Source of the DNA: the human T2T-CHM13v2.0 reference genome, Homo sapiens
Length of the DNA: 64,000 nt
NCBI RefSeq assembly: GCF_009914755.1
Contig: NC_060929.1
Reading direction: 5' to 3' (one strand)
Below the pieces are notes generated by a model that was not told the origin of the DNA, made no database searches, and was given only the letters and a program-made list of their open reading frames with translations. Positions within the stretch are counted from its first letter, which is position 1, and every line of letters begins with the position of its first letter. Both the position numbers and the translations under genes were made by a program. This document shows positions 41,390 to 52,389 of this stretch, in pieces.

Positions 41390-41570
41390 AGGGTTTCCAT
41401 GTTTGGAAAATAAAAATAGAGGACATCCAGGTAAATTTGAATTTTAGGTAAACAAAAAACATATTTGAATATAAGTGTGTTCCAAGTATTGCACAGGGCA
41501 TTCTCATACTAAAAATAAATGTGATGCTTATCTAAAATTACCATTTAACTGAGCAGTCTGTGTTTTTTTG
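41390..41570. mobile_element. MER53 palindromic DNA-transposon MITE
   Basis: AGGACATCCAGGTAAATTTGAATTTTAGGTAAAC...TATAAGTGTGTTCCAAGTATTGCACAGGGCATTCTCATACTAAAA...TTATCTAAAATT...TTTAACTG. Confidence 0.8.
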
Positions 41571-41912
41571 AGAACCAAAATAAAAAACACATTGTTATTC
41601 TTATTTAGACAACACTAGAAGTGAAATATGTCTCTTAATATATTACCTATCATTTTAGTTTGAAAACAGTAATCTGTGATTTATCACTATGTGATATCTA
41701 AATTTGAATGTGTTTCAAAGTTTAGTTCACTTTTTTTGAGAGGTGAACATAAAATATCTTGAACAGGTTGAAATGGAAAGCATGGAACATGTTTTCTCAG
41801 TGAGCATGGCTAGAACTGAACAATACATTATTAACCATATGAGGTGCAAAATACTGCTGTCACCTCCTAAGGGACTGTGGTAATCCCAGGCTGCCATGGT
41901 CTGGCAAAAAGA

Positions 41913-42358
41913 GGTGAGGGTTAATTTTACCTGTCAACTTGACCGGGACAAAGGGTGTTCAGATATTTGGTAAAATACTATTCTGCTTATTTTTGTGAGG
42001 GCATTTATGGATAGGTTGAACTTTTAAAAAGAGAAACTGAGCGAGGCATATTGCCTTCCACAATGTGGGTGGGCCTCATGCAATCAGTTGAAGAAATGAA
42101 TAGAACAAAAAGCTTCCTATCCCCTGAATACAAGGAAATCCCTCTGCCTGCCTTCAAGCTGGGACATCATATTTCCTGTTCTTGGCCTCAAACTGAAACA
42201 TCTGCTGGGGTCTCCAGCTAGCTAACTGGAAATTTTTATTTATTTATTTATTTATTGCATTTACAGTTGAGAGAAATGTAAGAACTGCAGATTTTGAGAC
42301 GTGGCAGCCTCCATCATCACCTGAGCCCATTTCTTACATCAAATCTCTTTCTATTTTG
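41913..42358 (+). mobile_element. MLT2 (C/D-like) ERVL LTR lacking its last ~45 bp
   Basis: GGTTAATTTTACCTGTCAACTTGAC...AATGTGGGTGGGCCTCATGCAATCAGTTGAAG...AAATCTCTTTCTAT, then stops abruptly. Confidence 0.88.
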
Positions 42359-42364
42359 TTAATT

Positions 42365-42690
42365 GGGATTCTTAGGGAGTAGAGCAGAGGGCAGAGGGAA
42401 GAGTTAGACTCAATTGCCCCAAGAGAGGCCACAGGTGATCCCATGGTGGCTCTGGCAGTGTCATGAACTTCAGGGTTGTCCCAAGTGAGTTAAGGGGCTG
42501 AGTCTTTTTACCCCAGGTGGTCATGAAATTCAGGCTGACCCCTGAGATGTTCCCTTCAGCCAAGGGCAATTTCTGGAAAAAAAAAAAAGTCAGCTCTTCA
42601 AGGCCAGGGACTCACATCTCTGGGTTGCAGGACTGAGTATCTCAACACTGAGGAAGGTCTAGGTGCTAGGGTATGCCACCCGAACCCCGC
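42365..42690 (-). mobile_element. LTR16-like ERVL LTR fragment
   Basis: GGGCAGAGGGAAGAG...GATCCCATGG.GGCTCTGG...TTCAGGGTTGTCCCAAG...TTCAGCCAAGGGCAATTTC. Confidence 0.55.
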
Positions 42691-44103
42691 AGGAAATTGT
42701 CAGAACACAGTGGCACCTACACAGTGAGTTCATATTTCCCTGTGAGGAAATTCCTTAGCACTAATCAGATTCGCAAAGAGGTCCACAAGGAAGAGCCAAA
42801 GCTAACCCACTCACCTAGATACTGAGAGAGCAATGTAAGAACACACTGTTCTGTAACAATATAACGTACCTGACATCCTTTCTCCCATCTCACCTCATTT
42901 TCAAAAAGTGAGGAGTCTTGCCTATCTCTGCAACTAAGATTTGTCAGCATTCATTTTTTTCAGTATTGTTTAATTATTTTATAACTGCTAATACTGATCC
43001 ACAAATTCTATTCACAATAACATTCATTGAAAGGGAAACAAGATACTAAAAACGTTTCTTTGTGTGAATACGTGATGCCATTATAATGAAAATTCAACTT
43101 ATATTAAGCTCAAACTTGGAAGTTTTCTTATATTTTCACTTGATTTGGAAAAAAAAATTCACAGGAAAACAGCTGGATATAATAGCACTTTCCTAAAAAT
43201 GCCCTATTATTTTAAGCAGTATTTCCATGTTATATGTACAAATTCTCACCATTTATATTTTAATTATATGTGAGCATGCATTTATGAAGAAGAAGAGAAC
43301 ACCCTGACAGTGAAGCCATAAGTTTAAAAGGATGCTCAAATCATTCCCCAATGAAAATTCTTCAGACTCCATTCCCTCAGTATCCCCTCAGAAGCCACAC
43401 ATCATTTTGAAGGACTGCCATTCGCCTGGGTTCAGCTGCTGCAGTGCAAGGGCAGGAAGGCTCCTGTGTGAGCCCAGCACCCGTCTTGGGTCACCACCAA
43501 GTGGAGGACAGTCCCTCTGGAAGAAACGGAAGTCCTCCCTGAGGTCTGGCATCTGCATATGTTGAACCCACAAAAGCCATTGATTATTTTAACCAGGCTC
43601 AATTTGTCTTTGAAGGAGACATTTTAAAAAGCAAAAGAGCTTGAACAAACATGAAAGTAATCTAATTCAGACATAAACATGAAAGCTAACAAGATTACAA
43701 TGAATTGATCTAAATATTACTTAAAATAATTAGAAATGATTTTTTATGGCATGCCATTTCAGTCAGGACACTTACATGTTTCATTAGGACACAAACAGAT
43801 TATTGCTTTCTATAATATTTTCTTGTTTTTATGACCTTAGAAAGAAGTATCAGTGTGTTCAGACCTGTCACTCAGAGCTTCTCCAAGGTCAATGAATATT
43901 CTGCATCTAAAGCAGCTCCAAATTTAGCCAATCCCTCCTCCTTCCTACTGTCTTCATGCTCAAATGGTGACCTATTCTACATGAATTTATTGCTTTCTCC
44001 AGACATAATTCACAGCTATCTTTCAGAGAACAGAAATATTCTATTCTTAATTTTTGTTTTTAAGCCTATGGCAAAAGTATTGAAAAGAAACATTCTGTTG
44101 ATT

Positions 44104-44500
44104 TGTTAAGAGAGAAACTTCAGGCAAATTAAATTTAACAACGTTTAATTGAGCAAAGAATGATTCATGAATTGGGCAGCACCCAGAACCAGAATCAGTT
44201 CAGAGTGGCAGTGCAGCTGTCATGTGGCCAGACACAGTTATGAACAGAAGGAAAATGGGCTACAGGAACAGCTGGGTTAGTTACAGCTCCGCTTTTGCCT
44301 TATTTGAACACAGCTACGACTCAGCTGCTGTGATTGGCTGAAATTCAGTGGTTGTGATAGGCTGAGACTTAGCAACTTGTTACAAGAGAAAATTACAACC
44401 TATTTATACCCCTACGGTTCACTGTATATGAAGAAAGCATTAGGCTGAATTTAACCTATTTAAGGAGACAACTTTAGGCTAGGCTAAACATAATGTAACA
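44104..44500 (-). mobile_element. ERV1 solo LTR (MER57/MER93-like)
   Basis: TGTTAA...AATTAAATTTAAC...TTTAATTGAGCAAAGAATGATTCATGAATTGGGCAGC...TGTGATTGGCTGA...CTTTAGGCT...TAACA. Confidence 0.75.
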
Positions 44501-46138
44501 AACTATTGAAGGTGGTAGGTTGTCCTTCAACATAGATATGAAGATTCAGAAAAGTGTATGGTAAAAATTTATTTGGTGTATACTCTGTCTTTAAATCAAC
44601 ATTAAGGGTTGAGGGGCACCAAGAAATGCTCCTTTCTTGCTTTTCTTTTACTTTTCTTTTTCTTCTTTTATTTTGACAGCCTTTGAGTTTACAAGAAGTT
44701 AACATTTCCACAGGGTTGTAATTGAGTCAAAAACCAAATTTTCTGCAACATCCTGTAAATATCTAGACCTGAACGTTGAGTGCTCTGCCTTCTTTTTCTA
44801 AGTGAGAAACACTATCGAAGCTGCCACAGTACATGGATGTACTTAATACTGTTTAAAGTCAAAAGAAACATTTGACATAAAACGTGTTTGAAGTTAGATG
44901 AATCATCCTACTGGGTTAGAGTTGTAGCAAACTTTCCCATTATTAATTAATTTTTCATGCATCAAACTAAGACAACAGATTTTTAGTACCTAATGTAACT
45001 CATCCCCATAGAACTAAACATTTGGTCCAGAGAAATCATGTCATAATTAGCATATTCATTTTTGTTTTTTCTCAGAGAATGTGAGCAAATTAAACAGAGC
45101 GGATAATGGGAGCATTAGATTTAAAATTCAATATGACAAACATAAAATATTGGAGTTATTAGCAATAATAATAAAGCATATTGTACTTATGGTGTGAAAG
45201 TAGACATTTTATTTTCCTTATACTAAATTTACAAATCACAATATAACAACTAATTGCAGTTGTTACATTGACTTGGATTGATAGCACAAATATGTGCTAA
45301 GCTCCACATTTTTATGAAGATGCTTGCCTATTGGTTCCTTATAGAAAAAGATGAATCCCTATTTGGAAATGTTAAGTCATTATTAAAAGCTAGCATGAGA
45401 ATCATGTTATACTTCTCAAAGCTAGCATCAAACAATATTATTTTATCCAAAAGTTTCTGAAGGTTAAACCTGAATGCTGCTGGAAATGATCAGATTTCCA
45501 GGTGTGAGATTTAAATAAATAATATGTAAATGTCCAGAAAATGTAAACTGTAATGACATAAAATGCTTTAATGATAATACGTAGTCAGTCTTATTTATCT
45601 ATTTCAAGGATTCAATACATTAGGAATTGCCTGCAAAGCTTTACTGAGAATTATAGCTATATTTTGTTAGTTCTTTATTTCTTAATTTGTAGTACCTTGG
45701 GCTATAATTCACATATGGACAGAGAACTCACCAAATAATTACCTTTGCTATCTCTCATATGCTTGGGAAGCAAGAGCATCCCTCTGTGTGGACTGGAGCT
45801 TCTTCTGCATCCTGAATGGTGCTATCCCTTCCCTACCAAGACAGGCCTGGAGAGGGGCTGTGCCAGAGACCCTCTCTGTACAAAACAAATTCCCAAGTAA
45901 CAAGTACACCCACAGTCACACCATGAACATATTTTTAAACCCTTCCTCGAAATACCATTTTGTATTTACTTGCTGTTATAAATTTTCCTAATTCTTCTTT
46001 TGTATTTTTGTTTAAAGAAGTATGTATAGGATAAATTAATAAGAAGTAGCAAAAAAGAATAACTAATTTTCCTCCCATTTTTGGGTAGAAAAAATACACG
46101 TCTGTTGTTAATTCTTGATCTTTTTTTGTCTTGATTAT

Positions 46139-46380
46139 CTTTACTGAGGTATAATTTAGATATAAAAATGGCACCAGTTTTGGAAAATAAAAATATATTT
46201 TGACAAATACATACGATTGTTTAGCCACCACAATTGTGATATAAAACATTTCCGTCACCCCAAAGTGTTCCCTTGTAGTCAACGCCCAATCCCTGATGCT
46301 ACTGATCTGCTCTCTGTCACTTTAGTTTTAACATTTTCAGGAGCTTATCGAAATGAAATCATACAGTATGTTCTGTTCTG
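46139..46380 (-). mobile_element. L1ME/MD 3' end fragment
   Basis: CTTTACTGAGGTATAATTT...TTTTGACAAAT...AACATTTCCGTCACCCCAAAGTGTTCCC...GAAATCATACAGTATGT. Confidence 0.8.
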
Positions 46381-46753
46381 TTGCACTGTTTAGTTGTATT
46401 GCACGTGGGGGTGCAGCCTGACATTTTACACATTGGTTTGTAGTCCTTGCAAGACCTAAACCTCATTTGGGTGAACATTTCTTCAAAGTCAACCAGTTGT
46501 ACTTGCTCAAACTTTCTCAAGCTTATTCACAGCCTGGGTTGTATCTTCTTTTCCATGTGACATACTCAGATTTCCTTATCACACAGCTCATCATCATTAG
46601 ATCCCATAACTTCAAATATTAAAACTGCTATGACAGCTTCCAATGACTAGTTTCTGGACTACAGGTGACACACATTATTGCTCTTTGAAAATTATTCTTC
46701 TTATTAAACCCAACTTGGCAAAAGCCTCTATAGTGGCCAAAGTAATGAGAAAG

Positions 46754-46899
46754 GATGATGATGATGATGATGATGATGGTGATGAAGATGATGATAGTGA
46801 TGATGATGGTGATGATGATGATGGTGATGATAATGATGATGAAGATGATGGTGATGATGATGATCATGATGATGAAGATGATGGTGATGATGATGATGA
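46754..46899. repeat. Degenerate (GAT)n trinucleotide repeat
   Basis: ~49 triplets of GAT with GGT/GAA/AAT/CAT/AGT variants. Confidence 0.97.
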
Positions 46900-48297
46900 G
46901 TTCTCCAGAGTCCCAGACAATCCAATGGTACTGAACTAAGAGAGTTCAGGAGATACCCTATACACCCAGGAGGAAGAGCACTCGTTATTTGGCAAGTATG
47001 TCAGGTGCCAGGATGGCGGGTCTGGAATACCCGATCCCTACCTGAGTTCAGAGGTAACGAGGGAGGCCCCCCAGCAACAGAACTATTTTGTGATGTGAAA
47101 ACTAACCATTTAAAAGATTTCTTCCTCAGATGCCTCATAGGTCAATGTTCAATGGATGAAATACAATTTTATGACAACATGTTATCACAACTTTTAGGTA
47201 ATAGTTGAGAAAATCAATGTGGATGTCATTGGGCACTACTTTCTATCAGTATTAAATAGCAAAAAGAGCAGAAGAACTTTGACATTTATGTTCGAGGCTC
47301 TGGTGACAAAAGGCAATTCTAACAAAGTGGAAGCATTAAAATATTCCTGCTATAATAAATAAGAGGCAGATAAGGAGACTATGAGCTGTAATTGGAAATA
47401 GGCCCCCTTTCTTTAAAAAGAAAAAGATAAAAAGAAGAAAAACAAAAAATAAACAGAGCTTTGACATGCAGTAATTGGACTTGTCATATTTCATCCATGC
47501 AATTAAAAGTTAAACCCATTTTCTAAGATTGCATTGTTTAATTACAAAAGTAAGTACATATAATTAAAAAGTTAAATAGATATGGTTAGATGCACTGTCA
47601 GCAGAGCACTGAAATATAGCAAAAGATATTTGAAGACAGTTTCTGTCATTTCAAATGATTACGAAGCAGCCTTGTCCTCACAAATGATGAAAATAACTGG
47701 GATATTCCAATTATTGGTTATTTTTAATATTTACTCTCATGCTGCTTGAGTGTAAACAAAAAGAAAATGTCTTTTTTCTATTTAATCTAAAAATAGGTAC
47801 CATCCACCCGTCAGAAAAAGTATAGCAGAAGATCTGAAGAAAGATACATTTTTTTGGAGTCTGGTAATTTACCTGCAGGTAAGAATAATACAGCTTTGCA
47901 AAAGGCTGTCAGAAATCTACTTGCTCGAGTAATTCATAGACACCTCCACACTTAATGTGAATGCTTTGACTCCAGAATAGATAAAAATTCCTGCAATAAT
48001 AGATGAGACTAAGCAAAATAACCCACATATGTTGCAATGGATTTTTATTCCTAGAAAAATATGTAATATCTCCTTGTACTAATAGTTTATGTTCTCTGGT
48101 TGATACCCCACTTTCAGACCTAACATCAGGAACTGATGTGTTCCTGGTAGTGTAGACAGCTCTAGTACCCCTGGAAGTCTCTTTCGGATAATCCACATTC
48201 ACACTCAAAACCATGTGTAAGTTCCATGCAGTGGTAACTCAGGGGCATGCCCTACACTTTGTAGAAGGACAGCTGCAGCAACCACATCCCTAACAGG

Positions 48298-48677
48298 CAC
48301 CTCAGGCTACCATAACCAAATACTATAGAGTGGGCAACTTAAAGAAACAAAAATTTATCCTCCACATTTTTGAAAGAGAACGATCCAGGTTGCAGTTGGT
48401 TAGGTTTCTGGTGAGGGCTCTCCTGGGTTGAAGCCTTCTCCATGTCCTCACATGGCCTTTCCTTGTGTGGTACAGGGAGAGAGAGATTGAGAGCATGAGC
48501 TGTCTTCTGTCTCTTCCTACAAGGACACCAATTCTGTCAGATCAGGGCCTCACGCAGATGACCTCATTTAACCTTAATTACTTCCTTAAAGACTTCACTC
48601 CCACATACAGCCATACTATGGGTTTAGTGCTTCAACACATAAATTTAGGGAGGACACGATTATTGAGACCCCAACAT
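48298..48677 (-). mobile_element. MLT1A/B-like LTR (3' LTR of the adjacent internal sequence)
   Basis: CTCAGGCTACCATAACCAAATAC...TTTCTGGTGAGGGCTCTC...ATGACCTCATTTAACCTTAATTAC...CTTCAACACATAAATTT. Confidence 0.85.
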
Positions 48678-50034
48678 TTTGTCCTTGGTCCCCCAAAATT
48701 TATGCCCTTCAAATACACAAAATACATTTATTTGATTCCAACAGCTCCCAGTTAACTTGTTCCAGCATCAACTTTAAAGCCTAAAATTTACTTTTATCTA
48801 AATATCATCTAAGTCCCAGATATGGGTGTGATGTGAGGTATAATTGATCCTGTGGCAAAATTTCCTTTTATCTGTGAATCCCAAGTGTGCTTCCAAAATA
48901 CGATGGGATAGGCATAAAGTAGATATTCCCTTTCCAAAAAAAAAAAAAAAAAAGATAAATCAGAAGGCAGAAAAGAAATTGTTTCCAAGCAAGTTCAAAT
49001 CTGGCAAGGCAAATTTCACTAGATGACAAGGCATGAAACTTTCCCGCTTTGACCTGATGCTCTGCCCCAAAGGCTCACTGAGGCAGCAGCATCTCCCTAT
49101 GGTCCTATTCAGGGACTGCAGAACTGCCCTGCCCTTGAGACTGGGGTGGGAGCGGGGAAGCTTCCTGGCATATGGAAGCTAAAGAGGTGGCCCCATCCTT
49201 TGAAATCTAGGAGGGGCCAGTCCTGCCCCCTGGGCTAGTGGTGAGAGTGGCAGCCCAAATGATCTCTGAATCTTCTTTGAACGATTCCCTTTTCTTAAAG
49301 GACAAAGCAGGTTCACAGCTGAATAGCTCTATTGTTTCATCCTGTAGAACCCAGAAGTCAGAAAGCCTTTATTTTGTCTTTGTTACCTTTAGTTCAAGCT
49401 GGCAGTGTTTCGACCAGTGCAATCCACTGCTATTTCTGGCTAGGCAGAGCTGGCTGATCAAATCCATTAGTTGCTCTTACAGACTCTTCATCAGACAGTT
49501 GTTCACCCTCAGTGCTCTCTTCAGAACAGGTTTCTCATGTTTTGCAATACGAATAGACCAATAATTTTTCAAGTCCTCAAGTTCTGGTTCTTTTTTGCTT
49601 GGCAATTTTTTCCCCATATGTATTTTTCTTCTCATATTTGACTGTAAACTGTAGGGTGAAACCAAGATGCTCCTTCAATGTTTTGCTTAGAAATCTCAGC
49701 CAAGCTTCCAATAATATCACTTATATGTTACACCTTCTGCAATACAGTAGAACACAATTCATCCAAGTTCTTTGTCACTTTAGGACAAGAATCACCTTCC
49801 CTACAGTTTCTCATAATCTGTTCCTCATTTCCCTGAGACATCACCAGAATGGCCTGTAATGTCCACATTTCTATAGCTCGTTCAAGGCATTTCATGTTTT
49901 GTTTGTTTGTTCATTTGTTTTTTTCTAGAATACACCTAAAGGCTCTCCAGCCTCTGCCCATTACCTAGGTCCAAAGTCACTTCCACATTCTTAGGTATTT
50001 GTTACAGCAGCATTACACTTTTTCTACCAAAATC
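48678..50034 (-). mobile_element. MaLR internal sequence (MLT1-int)
   Basis: GGGATAGGCATAAAGTAGATATTCCCTTTCCAAAA and CCAGCCTCTGCCCATTACC...CCAAAGTCACTTCCACATT...TACCAAAATC are typical MaLR-int ends. Confidence 0.85.
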
Positions 50035-50081
50035 TGCATTAGTTGGAATTCTCCTGAGAAACAGGGCCAACAGAATGTTAA
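50035..50081 (-). mobile_element. MLT2-type LTR 3'-terminal ~45 bp
   Basis: TGCATTAGTTGGAATTCTCCTGAGAAACAGGGCCAACAGAATGT resembles the recalled MLT2 reverse-strand terminus TGTATTAGTCAGGGTTCTCCAGAGAAACAGAACCAATAGGATGT. Confidence 0.7.
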
Positions 50082-50639
50082 ATGTGTTTTCTGTCAAGAT
50101 CCCTACTCTATTAGCCTTTTGCACGTAGGTCTTGGTCAGCACAACCTGGCCTCCAGCAATGCTGCTTCTAGCACTTCTGAATTCCAGAGACCCCATGGTC
50201 TAAAAAATCCAAAGATCCATATAAATGTTATGTGCTCTTTTTACTTTTAACCATTATCAAATACGGCAGTGCACGTTACATAAATTGATCTTCAAAAATT
50301 CTCCACTAATAGTGTTCATATTTTGGGTTCTTTTGTCAGGTTCTATAAATACCAATGTAGAGCTGTGGGACCATGGGAGGATATAAGAATGTGTCACTGA
50401 GGATGATATGAAAGTGTCCCTATCAGAGTGCCCAGCCTTGTTATAGTTCAATGAGCATGGTTATAACCACAGGAACCCTTTTTGCTATTATAAAATGGAC
50501 CAAGAAAGGCCAGGTCCTCGACTGAATGGTTCTGCATGAGAGCATGTACCTTCCAGGTGACCTGCTTTTAGAACTTTCTCTGGCACTAACTAAGGGTCAA
50601 ACTGAAGATGACACAGGTGTACTGAGATGGAGTTTCGGT

Positions 50640-50900
50640 TGGGTAGAGGTTGAGAGAGGGTTGAACTGATCATTACTGGGCACCATGCATGAGAGGTGAT
50701 AAAAGGTATGTTTGAACAAGGACCCATGAGGGTGATTAAGCACTGTTCTGCAGTGACAGTGGAAGGGATGTTCAGAGCAAGTTGTCTGAAGGGACCACAT
50801 TTGAGCTGATTTCTAAAGATGGACTCTGTTGGGAAGAAGGTCATCCCAAGTAAAAGGGACCACTCAGGCTAAGGCCCAAATACATCTGCAAAGGGGAGAG
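50640..50900 (-). mobile_element. L2 fragment
   Basis: ACATTTGAGCTGATTTCTAAAGATG...GGGAAGAAGGTCATCCCAAGTAAAAGGGACCAC...AAGGCCCA. Confidence 0.6.
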
Positions 50901-51229
50901 CTCAGGGTAGGCAGAAGCAGTTTAGCAGGACTGGGGGGAAGACAGAGCACAGAGGCGCATGCACACCGTGTTGACTGTTGAATACAGAGTGTAACGAACT
51001 TACGTTGCAGGAGTGTGAATGTGGCTCGTATGCACTAGACTATGGTAGCACATACATGCTTGTGACTCAGATGAGGCTTTCACTCTCAAGTTGATGAATG
51101 TGCAGAAGGACATGTTATCTGCACAGGCGCATTATCCCAGCGCAGGGTGGCAATTGCTACAGTAGATGAGGCTCACCAGATGACCAGCGTCCCTGAGGCA
51201 AGCTCAGCAAGAGCCCCACTCCTTTGTGC

Positions 51230-51410
51230 CATTACTCTGAGCCAAGTGCTTTTTGTGGCTCTTCCTAGAATGAGCTCATTTACCTGCCAGGCAGTACTCT
51301 GAAGATAGTGCTATTGTTATTTCTCCTCTGCATTTGGGAAGCAGCAGGTAACATATTCAAAGCCACACACCTGGCAAGCAATGAGGTCTAGCTGCAGACC
51401 CAGGTGATAT
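51230..51410 (-). mobile_element. MIR
   Basis: TACTCTGAGCCAAGTGC...CTCATTTACC...TGAAGATAGTGCTATTGTTAT...CAAAGCCACACACCTGGCAAG...ACCCAGG. Confidence 0.7.
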
Positions 51411-51517
51411 GCCATTCCTCTGTACCTCCGGTCCATATGAACCTCCAGTATCAGAAATTCAAGATGGGTGTCTCTGGAAGTTGGGGATCTAACAGCCTTC
51501 TGGAAATGGGCTCAGAG

Positions 51518-52389
51518 TGATGTAGGATTTTTTTCAGCCCCTTTGTCAGACTCGTGACAGGGGTGAATGTTTACTTGGCCCATTGCACTCAGCTTTTTGC
51601 CGGAGGGAGCATGTGAGCAAGTGAGTGCAGGACCTGACTATCCGCTCTGGGCACTGGCAGGACCAAGCTCCGTGTGGGGCCCATGGCCAGACCAGGCGGA
51701 GGTGCCTGCGACCCCGAAGTTGCAGAGGAAGTGCTACAGTGCTCATTTATCTCTGCTGCCCATGGATGGCTGTGTGTTAACAGCTCAGTTGACCCCTTGC
51801 CTCGTCACATGGGGCAGCTGCCTTCCACTACAGAGGGCAAAGGGCCTGTGTGACAGACTTTTTTCGTACTCATACTCAGTGGGTCCTGAGCTCTTCTCCA
51901 GCATCCAGAAAGAATAAGGTTGCACAGACACTTGAAAGATGGTGAAGGCAGAGAATTTTATTGAGCAGCGGAAATGGCTCTCAGTGGAGAGGGGAGTTGG
52001 AGAGGGGACGGGAAGGGCAGGTTGTCTTCCCCAAAGTCAGGTCATCATCTACCCAAACTCTGGCCGTTTCTTCCCCTAAGTCAAGCCATCTGTCTTCCCC
52101 AAAGTCTTGTGGCGTCTCTCAGAAGTCAAGCCATCTCTCCCTCTATCAACTGAGTCTGAGAGTTTTATAGGCACAGGAAGGCAGGGGGTAAGCTGTAGTT
52201 TTGGAAAAGGCAACATTTGATGGGTAAAAAGATATTATTCAGAAAGGACCAATTGGGAGAGAGGGGGCAAGCAGGAATAAAAGTTGTCACTTTTGGCTGT
52301 GGATTTCAGGCTACCTTGGCTTGAAGGTGAGGTTTCACTGGGGACCGGTCCCTGTCTGCCTAGAATTTCTCTGCCTCCTGCCTCTATTA
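51518..52389 (-). mobile_element. ERV1 solo LTR (LTR27/LTR28/MER52 group)
   Basis: TGATGTAGGATTTTT...GAATTTTATTGAG...GGCTCTCAGTGGAGAGGGGAG...TTTTATAGGCACAGGA...GGGGACC...CTGCCTCCTGCCTCTATTA; flanks AGAG/ATAG are a near-match 4-bp TSD. Confidence 0.85.

Noticed and set aside
45244-45265. 8-bp hairpin TAACAACT-N6-AGTTGTTA, and similar short palindromes at ~4970, ~5173 and ~13376
   Set aside because: Short AT-rich inverted repeats of this size are expected by chance in 64 kb
46628-46939. Poly-Asp, poly-His and poly-Ile ORFs
   Set aside because: These are translations of the (GAT)n microsatellite
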